Source of the DNA: Desulfurococcaceae archaeon
GTDB lineage: Archaea > Thermoproteota > Thermoprotei_A > Sulfolobales > Desulfurococcaceae
Direction: 5' to 3'
NCBI GenBank assembly: GCA_038888155.1
Contig: JAWAJB010000001.1
Location: 192,001-256,000 of the forward strand
Length of the DNA: 64,000 bases
This document shows, piece by piece, positions 49,686-58,271 of this stretch. Position numbers and translations under genes: made by a program. The notes under the pieces are model-generated. The model worked only from the letters and a program-made list of their open reading frames with translations, was not told the DNA's origin and searched no databases. Position 1 is the first letter of the stretch; each line of letters opens with the position of its first letter.

Positions 49686-50942
49686 TTAAGGGACTAGCCT
49701 AGTCCTATCTCGAACGAACATTATAGCCTCTCGTATATTCTCTAGGCCGAGGAGCTTCATTAATAACCTCTCAACGCCGAGCCCAAAGCCGCCGTGAGGA
49801 GGCATGCCGTACTTGAAAGCCTCGAGGTAGAAGTCGAAGTCTGAGGGATTTAATCCCTTTTCTCGGAGGGCATCAATGAGTTTCTCGTACCTGTGCTCTC
49901 TCTGCCCTCCACTAGCGATTTCTAGGCCACGGAAATCTAAGTCAAACTTCCTAGTGTGCACCCCATCGTCTTCCCTCATGTAGTAAAAGCCTGTTGCCTG
50001 CCGCGGAAAGCCAACAATGAAGTACAAGTAGTGCTTTTTCTCGCTCAGTATTTCGCCCAGTTTTCTCTCGGCGTAGTCGCTTAAGTCTTCCCCTTCGCTA
50101 ACCTCAACTCCCTCTGCCTTCAAGATGTCAACTGCCTCTGTGAACTTAAGCCTCTTAAATGGGGGTACAATCTTCGGAAGTTCTACGCCGAGGATTTCAA
50201 GTTCTTCCTTGCGGCGGGCCTCAATGTAGCTCGCAATGTACGATATGAGGTTTTCGAGCGTGTTCATTACATCCTCTACGCCAGCAATAAATCCCTGCTC
50301 GGCATCAATTCCCCACAATTCATTGAGGTGCCTTACTGTATTGAACTTCTCTGCCCTAAAGTAAGGAGTGATCTCGTAAATTCGCTCAAAGCTGCTAATT
50401 AGTATTTGCTTGTAAAGCTGGGGGCTCTGGCTCAAGTAGGCCTCCCTCTCGAAGTATTGGACCTTAAATAGAGTAGCCCCTCCCTCAGCGCCTGCAGCCA
50501 CTAGCTTTGGAGTTTGAACCTCTATAAAGTTGTTTTTGTCAAAAAATTCGCGAGCGGCCTTTAGTAGATCTGCTTTGACTTTGAAAATAGCTTTTTCAAC
50601 TGGATTCCTCGCTAGGAGCCACCTGTACTTAATTCTCGTGTCCATTAGCGAGGGGACTTTCCCCGATACATCTACAGGCAGAGGCTCCACGGGCTGCCCG
50701 TAAATCTCTATTTTACTAACTCTATACTCTAGCCCGCGCTTGCTCTTCTGCTCTTGAGCCGGAGAGCCCTCAAAGCATATAGCGGTGCCTACTACTAGTT
50801 TGCTAGCCACTTGGAATAGCTCTACATCCCTGTCTTCTTTTAGTACGAGCACTAAAGGCTTTGCGTTGTTTCCGCAGACTTCAACAATTAAGATTTTCCC
50901 AACTCTCGCCGTTCGAATAACCCAGCCGCACTCCCTTGCCAA
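49686..50942 (-). CDS. aspS: Aspartyl-tRNA synthetase
   Basis: EGGATLF, YLSQSPQLYKQ, FRAE, EIASGGQR, GMPPHGGFGLGVERL, RDRTRLVP; start revised to TTG50942 after AGGTGG SD. Confidence 0.93.
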   Translation of the reverse strand: MARECGWVIRTARVGKILIVEVCGNNAKPLVLVLKEDRDVELFQVASKLVVGTAICFEGSPAQEQKSKRGLEYRVSKIEIYGQPVEPLPVDVSGKVPSLMDTRIKYRWLLARNPVEKAIFKVKADLLKAAREFFDKNNFIEVQTPKLVAAGAEGGATLFKVQYFEREAYLSQSPQLYKQILISSFERIYEITPYFRAEKFNTVRHLNELWGIDAEQGFIAGVEDVMNTLENLISYIASYIEARRKEELEILGVELPKIVPPFKRLKFTEAVDILKAEGVEVSEGEDLSDYAERKLGEILSEKKHYLYFIVGFPRQATGFYYMREDDGVHTRKFDLDFRGLEIASGGQREHRYEKLIDALREKGLNPSDFDFYLEAFKYGMPPHGGFGLGVERLLMKLLGLENIREAIMFVRDRTRLVP

Positions 50943-51055
50943 GAATTTCCACCTGAATACTCTACGTAAGGCACTTAATTTAAAAATAAATGAGTACGGG
51001 GGTTTAATACTCAAACGAGATCTTAGGAGTGGCGGGGCCCGCTATGAAGCGAGAG

Positions 51056-51098
51056 TAGCGGGGGGTGGATTTGAACCACCGACCTCGGGGTTATGAGC
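51056..51098 (-). tRNA. 3' half (positions 31-73) of interrupted/split initiator tRNA-Met(CAT)
   Basis: GCTCATAACCCCG-AGGTC-GGTGG-TTCAAAT-CCACC-CCCCGCT-A; anticodon CAT at 51093-51095; preceded by 22-nt leader AGCGGCAGCCCGGCCCCGCGAA. Confidence 0.95.
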
Positions 51099-51144
51099 TT
51101 CGCGGGGCCGGGCTGCCGCTCTATTATACTAGAGTGGTTTTCCG

Positions 51145-51160
51145 CTTATAAATTTTATCG
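51145..51160 (-). promoter_or_regulatory. BRE/TATA promoter for the tRNA-iMet 3' half
   Basis: CGATAAAA-TTTATAAG ending 24 nt upstream of the leader start (51120). Confidence 0.75.
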
Positions 51161-51272
51161 CTGGGGCAAGGAAATATGCCTGTTGCGTTAGTTGATGTAA
51201 ATGCTCCTGTGTGATTGCTGCAGCTGACAACATTAAATAATTGGAGAAAAGTGAAGCGCCTGTAGAAATGTG

Positions 51273-51278
51273 AAAAAA
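51273..51278 (-). terminator. Oligo-T terminator after the tRNA-iMet 5'-half trailer
   Basis: TTTTTT on the minus strand at the end of the complementary trailer, followed by pyrimidine-rich sequence. Confidence 0.6.
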
Positions 51279-51296
51279 GCGGCAGCCACGGCGCCT

Positions 51297-51327
51297 CCCG
51301 CGGGCTACCAGGCTGCCCTACCCCGCT
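51297..51327 (-). tRNA. 5' half (positions 1-30) of interrupted/split initiator tRNA-Met(CAT)
   Basis: AGCGGGG-TA-GGGC-AGCCTGGTA-GCCC-G-CGGG; A1:U72 and G29-G30-G31/C39-C40-C41 initiator hallmarks once joined; trailer AGGCGCCGTGGCTGCCGCT. Confidence 0.95.
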
Positions 51328-51363
51328 GTTAAACCCCGCCAATTCTACCTTTCTGTTTTATCC

Positions 51364-51371
51364 CTTAAAAA
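51364..51371 (-). promoter_or_regulatory. TATA box for the tRNA-iMet 5' half
   Basis: TTTTTAAG on the minus strand; implies a TSS near 51340 and a ~13-nt 5' leader. Confidence 0.6.
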
Positions 51372-51417
51372 CTTGAAGAGCTGGGCGAGCGAAGCCGATA
51401 TAGCTGCCAATTTACTC

Positions 51418-52353
51418 CTAGCTTAAGTAGCCGCGTGCCCTAAAGAACTCTACAAGCCGCTTGGCTACATCCTCGCTAGCTCGCACCTGAGCTTCGTGAG
51501 TGCTTGCCCCAACGTGGGATGTTAGAACTACGTTATCTAGCTTGGCGAGTGCGTGGCCTGCAGGCAGCGGTTCTTCTTCGTAGACATCTAAGCCGGCTCC
51601 AGCAATCCAGCCCTCCTTTAGGGCCTTTACGAGGGCGCTTTCATCGATTACAGCGCCTCTTGCCGTATTTATTAGGATTGCTGTGCGCTTCATTAGCTTC
51701 AGCCTCTCTTCGTTAATCATGTGCTTTGTCTCTGGAGTTAGAGGTACATGTACGCTTACTATATCTGCGCTTCTCAATATATCCTCTACTGACATGTACT
51801 TCGCCCCTACTTCTTCCTCTAATCTCTTGTTCCTTGAAATATCGTAGTATATGATCTGCATGTTGAAACCGTGCTTAGCTATTTTAGCTACTAAAGAGCC
51901 GATCCTACCCGCGCCCAGTATTCCAAGTACCTTTCCGCTAAGCTCGCTGCCTACGGCTTGCTTCTTAGGCCACTCCCCCCTCCTAATTTCCCTATCGCAG
52001 TAAGCTATTTTCCTAGCTACAGCTATCATCAAGCCCACTGCTAGCTCAGCTACGCTTGTTGTTGTTGCCTCGGGCACAGTTATTACCTCTATGTTGCGAG
52101 ACTTCGCAGCATCTACATCAATGTTGTCCACGCCAACGCCAGCTCTAGCTATAACCTTGAGGCTATCTGCGGCCTCAATTACAGACCTTGTTACTAGGGG
52201 CCTGCTCCTTACTATTATGCCGTCGAAGCCCTTAATCAGCTTAGCTAGCTCCTCTACGGAGGGCTCCTCAACAAAGGCGGTTTCCACCCCGCTGGCCCTG
52301 AGGATCTCGACTCCCCCCTCGTGTATCTTGCTTGCAACTAGCACTCTAACCAA
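51418..52353 (-). CDS. serA: D-3-phosphoglycerate/D-2-hydroxyacid dehydrogenase
   Basis: RAGVGVDNID, GAGRIG, INTARG, DVYEEEP, HVGAST. Confidence 0.85.
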   Translation of the reverse strand: MVRVLVASKIHEGGVEILRASGVETAFVEEPSVEELAKLIKGFDGIIVRSRPLVTRSVIEAADSLKVIARAGVGVDNIDVDAAKSRNIEVITVPEATTTSVAELAVGLMIAVARKIAYCDREIRRGEWPKKQAVGSELSGKVLGILGAGRIGSLVAKIAKHGFNMQIIYYDISRNKRLEEEVGAKYMSVEDILRSADIVSVHVPLTPETKHMINEERLKLMKRTAILINTARGAVIDESALVKALKEGWIAGAGLDVYEEEPLPAGHALAKLDNVVLTSHVGASTHEAQVRASEDVAKRLVEFFRARGYLS

Positions 52354-52383
52354 CTGCTTACCACCTCTACTTCGCTTAATACT

Positions 52384-53535
52384 CTAACTGTGGGGCTTAT
52401 AACCAATAGATGCTAATACTTCTCTAAGCGTGCTGAAAAGCGAGGCTATATCCTCATCTGTGATATAGCCCATGTGGCCTATTCTAAATGTAACATCTCT
52501 AACTTTACCGTATCCGCGGGCTATCTCAATGCCCCTCTTCCTCATTTCATCGTAAATCACTGGGCCCTTTATTCCGGGCGGATTATACACAACAGTTATA
52601 GTTGGACTATAGTACCCTGGCTCAGCGAACAGCTGAAGGCCAAGGTCTGTAGCGCCGCTCCTTATCTTCTCAGCTCTCTCTGAGTACATTTTAAGCCAAT
52701 TGTCCCGGCCCCCCATTTTCTCAACAATCCTTAGGGCAACGTTTAGGCCGACAACTTGAGGAACTGGCGGCGTTGTAGGAGTAGACCACTGAGTTTTAAG
52801 GTATTGCTGGATCTCCAGTAGGTCAAAGTATAGCCCTCTCTCGGGGAGGGCCTTAGCTCTGTTAAATACAGCTTCGCTAACAGCCGCCATAGACAGCCCT
52901 GGGGGGACGCCAAAGGCCTTCTGGCTACTGGCAAACACTAGGTCTATTCCCCATTCATCTACTCTAATATCAGCTGCGCCCATTGAGGATACAGCGTCTA
53001 CAAAAAGGAGCTTTTCCCTCTCTTTAACAACTTTAGCTAGCTCCTTAAGCGGGTTTATTACTCCTGTGCTTGTCTCGTTGTGAGTAATAGCGACTGCCTC
53101 TACATCGGGGCTCTTCTTTAGAGCTTCGTCCAGCTCGTTTGGTAGAACTGGCTTACCGAGCGGCTTTTCTAGGACTACTGGTGTTCTCCCATTTCTCTCA
53201 ACAGCTTCCCTGTACCTCTGCCCGAACTCGCCAATAATAGTTACTAGGACTTTCCCCCCTGGGGAAACCGCGTTTCTTATGCTGGCTTCCATAAATCCAG
53301 TGCCGCTAGAGGGAAATAGCAGAACAGTTGAGTGCCTTGCGCCGAGAAAATCTGCTAGCCTTTGAACGGTGTCTCGGTGGATGGCTCTATACTCATCTGA
53401 TCTATGGCTGAGCATCTGGAACTTCATGGCCTCTAGCACTTCGGGGAAGCATGCTACAGGTCCAGCAGTGAACAATTTTAGCGGCCTGGGCCACAAAATT
53501 CTCTCTACATCTTTAAGGACGTCGGGATAGAGCAT
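52384..53535 (-). CDS. Class V PLP aminotransferase (serine-pyruvate/phosphoserine aminotransferase-like)
   Basis: FTAGP, SGTG, HNETSTG, DAVSS, SQKAFGVPPG, FRIGHMG; adjacent to serA. Confidence 0.88.
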   Translation of the reverse strand: MLYPDVLKDVERILWPRPLKLFTAGPVACFPEVLEAMKFQMLSHRSDEYRAIHRDTVQRLADFLGARHSTVLLFPSSGTGFMEASIRNAVSPGGKVLVTIIGEFGQRYREAVERNGRTPVVLEKPLGKPVLPNELDEALKKSPDVEAVAITHNETSTGVINPLKELAKVVKEREKLLFVDAVSSMGAADIRVDEWGIDLVFASSQKAFGVPPGLSMAAVSEAVFNRAKALPERGLYFDLLEIQQYLKTQWSTPTTPPVPQVVGLNVALRIVEKMGGRDNWLKMYSERAEKIRSGATDLGLQLFAEPGYYSPTITVVYNPPGIKGPVIYDEMRKRGIEIARGYGKVRDVTFRIGHMGYITDEDIASLFSTLREVLASIGYKPHS

Positions 53536-53604
53536 GATATCTCATCCCGTGTATATACTATTGTGGGAGAAGTAAATAAGCGTGACAGCTTAGGTCCCCG
53601 TCGC

Positions 53605-53650
53605 TCCACCTTACATCACATTATCAGCACGTTCCTGCTAGGTCATCCCA
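53605..53650 (-). ncRNA. Possible degenerate C/D box sRNA (3' boundary uncertain)
   Basis: TATATTAAG...GGGATGA-CCTAGCAGGAACGTG-CTGA-TAAT-GTGATGT-AAGGTGGA-GCGA; terminal D box not canonical. Confidence 0.35.
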
Positions 53651-53704
53651 GTTGGTAATTCTCTTTATGGCTTAATATAGCTCCCTTCGCGTTAAATCTT
53701 AAGT

Positions 53705-54076
53705 ATGGTGGAGCAATTGAAAGTGTACTTGAAGATGCGCAACAAGTCTTGGATGCTCATAGTAAAGAAGATCGAGCAGGTCTCTCTGTCGAGGAAGAAA
53801 CACGCTAGCAGATACATATTAGCGGGAGAGAGAGCAGATCCCCCAAAAATTAGCAAGGACTTTACGGCTATTGAGGTCCCAGCTAATATTGTGAACAAGT
53901 TTATATCCAAGCTGCTAGACTTGGGGGGCAATGATGAGATCGCGTTGATAGAGCCTTCAAGCGCAGACCGCTACGTTGTTAAAACAAGCAAAAAGGTCAA
54001 AAGAGCGCTTGATGAAATCTTAGCGAGCATTGCTTCGGGGAGCTCTAGGGACCATAAGGAAATAGAAACTTCTTGA
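53705..54076 (+). CDS. Hypothetical protein
   Basis: 123-aa basic ORF. Confidence 0.65.
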   Translation: MVEQLKVYLKMRNKSWMLIVKKIEQVSLSRKKHASRYILAGERADPPKISKDFTAIEVPANIVNKFISKLLDLGGNDEIALIEPSSADRYVVKTSKKVKRALDEILASIASGSSRDHKEIETS

Positions 54077-54260
54077 TTACAGTTCCCTGGTCCCCTCTCT
54101 TAACTTCTAACCTCTCGAGATCCTTTCGGTACCCGCAGGCAGAGCACTTGTAGTAGATAGATACTTTCACTAAGTCTCCTATCTTCTCGGATTCGTATAT
54201 TACTGTCAATGAGTTGCCATCCCTAGGGCACTTAACTTCTCTACCGCCTTCTTCGCTGCT
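54045..54260 (-). CDS. Small Zn-ribbon protein
   Basis: CPRD...YKCSACGY; start probably at MSSEE (about 54263), so the boundary given is approximate. Confidence 0.6.
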   Translation of the reverse strand, partial: SSEEGGREVKCPRDGNSLTVIYESEKIGDLVKVSIYYKCSACGYRKDLERLEVKRGDQGTVIKKFLFPYGP

Positions 54261-54316
54261 CATACTTTGGTCCCTGCACGTTACTTTTATTTGCACACAC
54301 ATATTTTTAAATACCG

Positions 54317-55432
54317 GTGAATAACTTGATTGAAACGCTTCGCCGCGTTGCTGAAAGCAGGGGACTGGACGCTCTAATGATATCTGCTCCCGACAACGTA
54401 GAGTACCTCACAGGCGTCTCCACAGTAGCTGACTCTACTCTCTTAATGGTTTACTGCAGAGGAGAGGAGACAGCTTACCTGTACGTACCGCTCCTTGAGT
54501 ACTATAGGTATAGGGATCTTTCGCCTCCCAATGTAGTAGTGCGCGCCGTAGCTAAACCTACTGATGTTTTGCCGAGCAATGTGTTAGCCGTTAACAAGGA
54601 ATGGGGCGATATTATCTCGGAGTACAGGGGCTCAAAGAAAATCGGGGCAGATCTCTCGCATAAAAACCCACTTGGGAGAACAATTGAAGGCGTATTACCT
54701 GAAAAGGTCGTTGACGTATCAGATGAACTTTGGAGAGCTAGAGCAATAAAGTCTAGCCGCGAGATCGAGTCAATAGTAGAGGCCACGAAAATAACCCTGA
54801 GAGGAATACTAAGCGTGTATGCTGAAATTCACGACAACGTAACTGAGGCAATGCTAGCTGGCATATTCGAGAAGACCATTAGAGATCACGGCGCAGAAGG
54901 ATCTGCCTTTGAACCAATTGTGGCCTTCAAGCCGAACAACGCCTACCCGCACACAATGCCCGGTCAAAGAGCACTGAAGAGGGGAGACCTCGTATTGATA
55001 GATGTAGGCGCGAAGTTTAAAGGCAGATGCAGCGACGTTACAAGGATGATCACATATAGAAGACCTGAGCCTGAGGAGAGGAAGAGCATTGAAGTAGCCA
55101 TTGAGGCAGCCTACTCAGCAATAGATGCAATTGTGCCGGGGATAAAGGCCAGCGAAGTACACCAAGCGGCTACTAAGGTCTTAGAGAAGCACGGGCTAAA
55201 GGAGAGGTTCATACACGGGCTCGGACACGGCGTAGGCGTCGTTGTTCACGAGCCTCCATACATAAGGGCTAACAGTAGCGCAGTGCTGGAGCCTGGAATG
55301 GTGTTCACTGTTGAGCCGGGCATCTACTTCCCTGGTAAGTACGGAGTGCGAGTTGAGGAACTCGTGCTACTGACAAAGAAGGGCCCGAGAATACTGTCCA
55401 AGAGGCTCGAGTGCGCTTTATCGGCCCTATAG
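54317..55432 (+). CDS. pepQ: Xaa-Pro aminopeptidase/prolidase (M24)
   Basis: RAIKS..EI, PH, DVG, SDVTR, HGLGHGVG..VHE.P, TVEPGIY, GVRVE. Confidence 0.92.
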   Translation: MNNLIETLRRVAESRGLDALMISAPDNVEYLTGVSTVADSTLLMVYCRGEETAYLYVPLLEYYRYRDLSPPNVVVRAVAKPTDVLPSNVLAVNKEWGDIISEYRGSKKIGADLSHKNPLGRTIEGVLPEKVVDVSDELWRARAIKSSREIESIVEATKITLRGILSVYAEIHDNVTEAMLAGIFEKTIRDHGAEGSAFEPIVAFKPNNAYPHTMPGQRALKRGDLVLIDVGAKFKGRCSDVTRMITYRRPEPEERKSIEVAIEAAYSAIDAIVPGIKASEVHQAATKVLEKHGLKERFIHGLGHGVGVVVHEPPYIRANSSAVLEPGMVFTVEPGIYFPGKYGVRVEELVLLTKKGPRILSKRLECALSAL

Positions 55433-56230
55433 CCTGTCCAAAACTCCGAACAGGGGGCTATTTTTATATGAGATCAACACTTTCTTTATGTTTTGAACTG
55501 CGTCTAATCTAATGCTGGGCAGAGGAGGGTCTATATAAACGCCGGCGTCTAGCTTGCTGGCAATTGCGAGGGCGACTGGTATATCAGTGTTCCTCAGCTT
55601 GCCCGTTAAGTGCGCGAAGTACCCTATCAAGCCTAGTGCTGCGTATGCAGCCTCTATTGAGGCTGAGCCCATTGTCCTAACCTTGGCGTTCACGCCGCTC
55701 GCCTCGATGGCCTTCTTGACTCTCTCTATGTGCAGCGGGCTCTCAGCGTAAATAGAGGCTAGCTCTATTCCCCTGTTGAGGTACTTGTTCACAGCATTTC
55801 CATTAATGAAGACGCTGTTTCCGCACAGCTCTACAACATCTCCTGTGAACACGTTGTACACTATTCCGTACTTGGGCTCGACAACGCTTGTAAGCCCCCT
55901 GTAGACAGCTATAGAGATTGAAGCAAATGGAATTCTGTGGGCGTAGTTCAAGCTGCCATCGAGCGGATCTGCGAGGACAATGTAGTCGGGCTTGTCGCCC
56001 ACTCTCCACAGGCCTCTCTCCTCGCCTAAAACCCACGCCTGAAGCCCTGCTTCCTCAACTCTGCTCACAATGTGCTTCTCGGCGATAAGGTCTATGCGCC
56101 TAGTGACGTCGCCGCTTACGCCTATATTTACTACCTCAACGTAGTTCTCCTCGCCGAAGTGCTTGCGTATAATAGACGCTGTTGACTCCGCTATTTTCTT
56201 GAAGATAAAGCATATCTCCTCTTCGCGCAC
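55427..56230 (-). CDS. suhB: Inositol monophosphatase/FBPase family protein
   Basis: GDVTRRID, GEE, DPLDGSLN, RTMGS. Confidence 0.85.
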   Translation of the reverse strand: MREEEICFIFKKIAESTASIIRKHFGEENYVEVVNIGVSGDVTRRIDLIAEKHIVSRVEEAGLQAWVLGEERGLWRVGDKPDYIVLADPLDGSLNYAHRIPFASISIAVYRGLTSVVEPKYGIVYNVFTGDVVELCGNSVFINGNAVNKYLNRGIELASIYAESPLHIERVKKAIEASGVNAKVRTMGSASIEAAYAALGLIGYFAHLTGKLRNTDIPVALAIASKLDAGVYIDPPLPSIRLDAVQNIKKVLISYKNSPLFGVLDRL

Positions 56231-56299
56231 TACTCCACCACCACTTTAATCTAAACACACTATAGAGTGATTAAACATGCCCAGTAAAAATATAACAAA

Positions 56300-56806
56300 G
56301 TGGGGTATTGCTTGAGGGAGTCGCCTGACCTCATAGTTACGTGCAGGACTAGCTCTGTGGAGTTGTGCAAACAGGAAGTGGGCAACGTAATATTTCGCAG
56401 AGACCAACGGGTTAAAATAGAGGAAACTCCCTTTAGGGGAGTTCTATTTATCTACACCTCGCTTGGTCCAGATAGAGCATACGCTGTATCTTCCCGCAGA
56501 GAGTACGGTTTTGTGGAGAGCATTATACCTGTACACTGCGCTCTCAAGAGCCCCCCGCCTGTGAATGAACTAGCGGAGTGCCTCGAGAAAGTAGTCAAGC
56601 TCTCAGAGATTAAGTTGAGAGTTAAGTCTAGGGGGCTGCGCGGAGTGAGTACGGATATCTTTAAATCTGTGAGCGAGGTAATTAGTAGGCTAGGAGTTAG
56701 GCATAGCCCGCAGGCCCAGAAGTGTCTCTACGTAGAGGTTTTCAGGGACAGCGTCTACGTGGGCCTCGGCGACTGCCTGTCCGTTTTTAAGTCCAGGATT
56801 GAGTAA
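56300..56806 (+). CDS. THUMP-domain protein
   Basis: DLIVTC...EVGN, FRGVL, VKSRG, YVEV; directly upstream of cdc6. Confidence 0.65.
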   Translation: MGYCLRESPDLIVTCRTSSVELCKQEVGNVIFRRDQRVKIEETPFRGVLFIYTSLGPDRAYAVSSRREYGFVESIIPVHCALKSPPPVNELAECLEKVVKLSEIKLRVKSRGLRGVSTDIFKSVSEVISRLGVRHSPQAQKCLYVEVFRDSVYVGLGDCLSVFKSRIE

Positions 56807-56809
56807 TGG

Positions 56810-58072
56810 TTGAGTGAAAGTTTTGGTGTAAACGTAACTATGAAGGATTCGTGGAGAATTATAGAGGAGGAGCTGAGCAAGCAGTCGATATTTAGGAGCA
56901 GAGAGAGCCTCATGCCTGAACACCTGCCGGATAATCTCCCCCACAGAGAGGACGGGCTGAGGGCCCTCGTCTCGTACTTTAAGCACCTCGTTACAAGCCC
57001 GGGAAGCATATCACAGCGAGTGCTAATAATGGGGGGAATAGGCACGGGCAAAACAGCTTTATCAAAGCTATTTGGCAAGACATTTACTCGCATGGCAAAG
57101 GACAAGGGGTATAACGTATCGTACGTGCACGTGAACTGCCACAGAAACAGAACGCTTTTCAACATAATTTACGACATAGCGAGGCAGCTTAACATCCCTA
57201 TACCGCCGCGAGGTCTATCTGCAAAGGAGATGTTCGACACTATACTGTCATACCTAGAAGAGCTAGATCTGCACGTTATAGTGGCACTCGATGAATTTCA
57301 CTACTTTGCTAGCATATCTAGGAACGACTCTCTCTACTTTATAGCTAGGGTATATGATGTATACGAGGGCGCAAAGCACATCAACTTCATATTTATCGCC
57401 TCAGATACTTCAAAGCTAGCGTTTCTTGATCCCACCACTGAGGGCTACTTACTGAGGCATGTGCTGAAGCTCGAACCCTATAGCTCACAGCAGCTCTTCG
57501 ATATTTTGAAGTACAGGGCCTCTCTATCCCTATACGAGGGGTCTTACGACGACGAAGTTCTGAAATTCATCTCAAGCTACGAGGGAGTGGATAAAGGGGG
57601 GGCTGGCAATGCAAGGCACGTACTGGAAACGCTTTTAATTGCTGGGGATATAGCCGAGAGGGAAGGCTCGAAGAAGATTACCCTAGAGCACAGTAGGAGA
57701 GCTCTAATGAGCCTGTCGAGAGATATAGTAAGCATAAGCGAAACTATTAGATACAGCACTCTCCACGAGCTCCTTGTGCTCCTCAGCATAGTTAAAGTGC
57801 TCAGGAGAACTGGCAGGGGGGAGGTTAAAATGGGCGACGTAGAGGAGGAGTACAATTTAATTTGCGAGTCATATCGCGAGATACCTCGAAAGCACACGCA
57901 GCTGTATGAGTACGTGCAGAACCTAGCAAAAGCTGGAGTAATATACGCTTATCCCAGCGGGAAGGGGTACAGGGGGAGAACGACTCTAGTCACTATACAC
58001 TACGGCCCCCTAGATGTGCTTGAAAATCACATAGTTGAGTTAATCAAGGAGAGGCGGGAGCTTGGATTCTAA
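56810..58072 (+). CDS. cdc6: Orc1/Cdc6 replication initiator
   Basis: LPHRE, GGIGTGKT Walker A, YVHVNC, ALDE Walker B, PY, GNAR, C-terminal wHTH with G.RGRTT. Confidence 0.95.
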   Translation: MSESFGVNVTMKDSWRIIEEELSKQSIFRSRESLMPEHLPDNLPHREDGLRALVSYFKHLVTSPGSISQRVLIMGGIGTGKTALSKLFGKTFTRMAKDKGYNVSYVHVNCHRNRTLFNIIYDIARQLNIPIPPRGLSAKEMFDTILSYLEELDLHVIVALDEFHYFASISRNDSLYFIARVYDVYEGAKHINFIFIASDTSKLAFLDPTTEGYLLRHVLKLEPYSSQQLFDILKYRASLSLYEGSYDDEVLKFISSYEGVDKGGAGNARHVLETLLIAGDIAEREGSKKITLEHSRRALMSLSRDIVSISETIRYSTLHELLVLLSIVKVLRRTGRGEVKMGDVEEEYNLICESYREIPRKHTQLYEYVQNLAKAGVIYAYPSGKGYRGRTTLVTIHYGPLDVLENHIVELIKERRELGF

Positions 58073-58271
58073 GAGATACGACGACGTCGTAATAAGAGCA
58101 TTGAAGAGGCTAGGTGAGTGCAACTTAAACGCCCTCAGGAAGGAAACAGGGCTCTCCTACTACACTTTAGCGAAGAGCATAAGCAGGTTAATTTCGCAGG
58201 GCATTATCGCAGAGAAGAGAATAGGTAGGCTGAGGTTGTTTAAGCTAATTGAAGGTCGAGGCTCTGCTTGA
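58062..58271 (+). CDS. Small winged-helix protein
   Basis: 69 aa, LRKETGLSYYTLAKSISRLISQGII.EKRIGRLRLF; overlaps the cdc6 stop. Confidence 0.7.
   Translation: MDSKRYDDVVIRALKRLGECNLNALRKETGLSYYTLAKSISRLISQGIIAEKRIGRLRLFKLIEGRGSA

Noticed and set aside
51181-51232. Plus-strand TTGATGT...CTGA with TGTTG/CAACA flanks inside the tRNA spacer, as a possible nested C/D sRNA
   Set aside because: Only ~25 nt between boxes C and D, poor D'/C' boxes and guides too short
51124-51342. 72-aa minus-strand ORF across the tRNA-iMet interruption (possible intron-encoded protein)
   Set aside because: It begins in the tRNA leader and runs through the tRNA 5' half; no LAGLIDADG or other motif, so it is a shadow ORF
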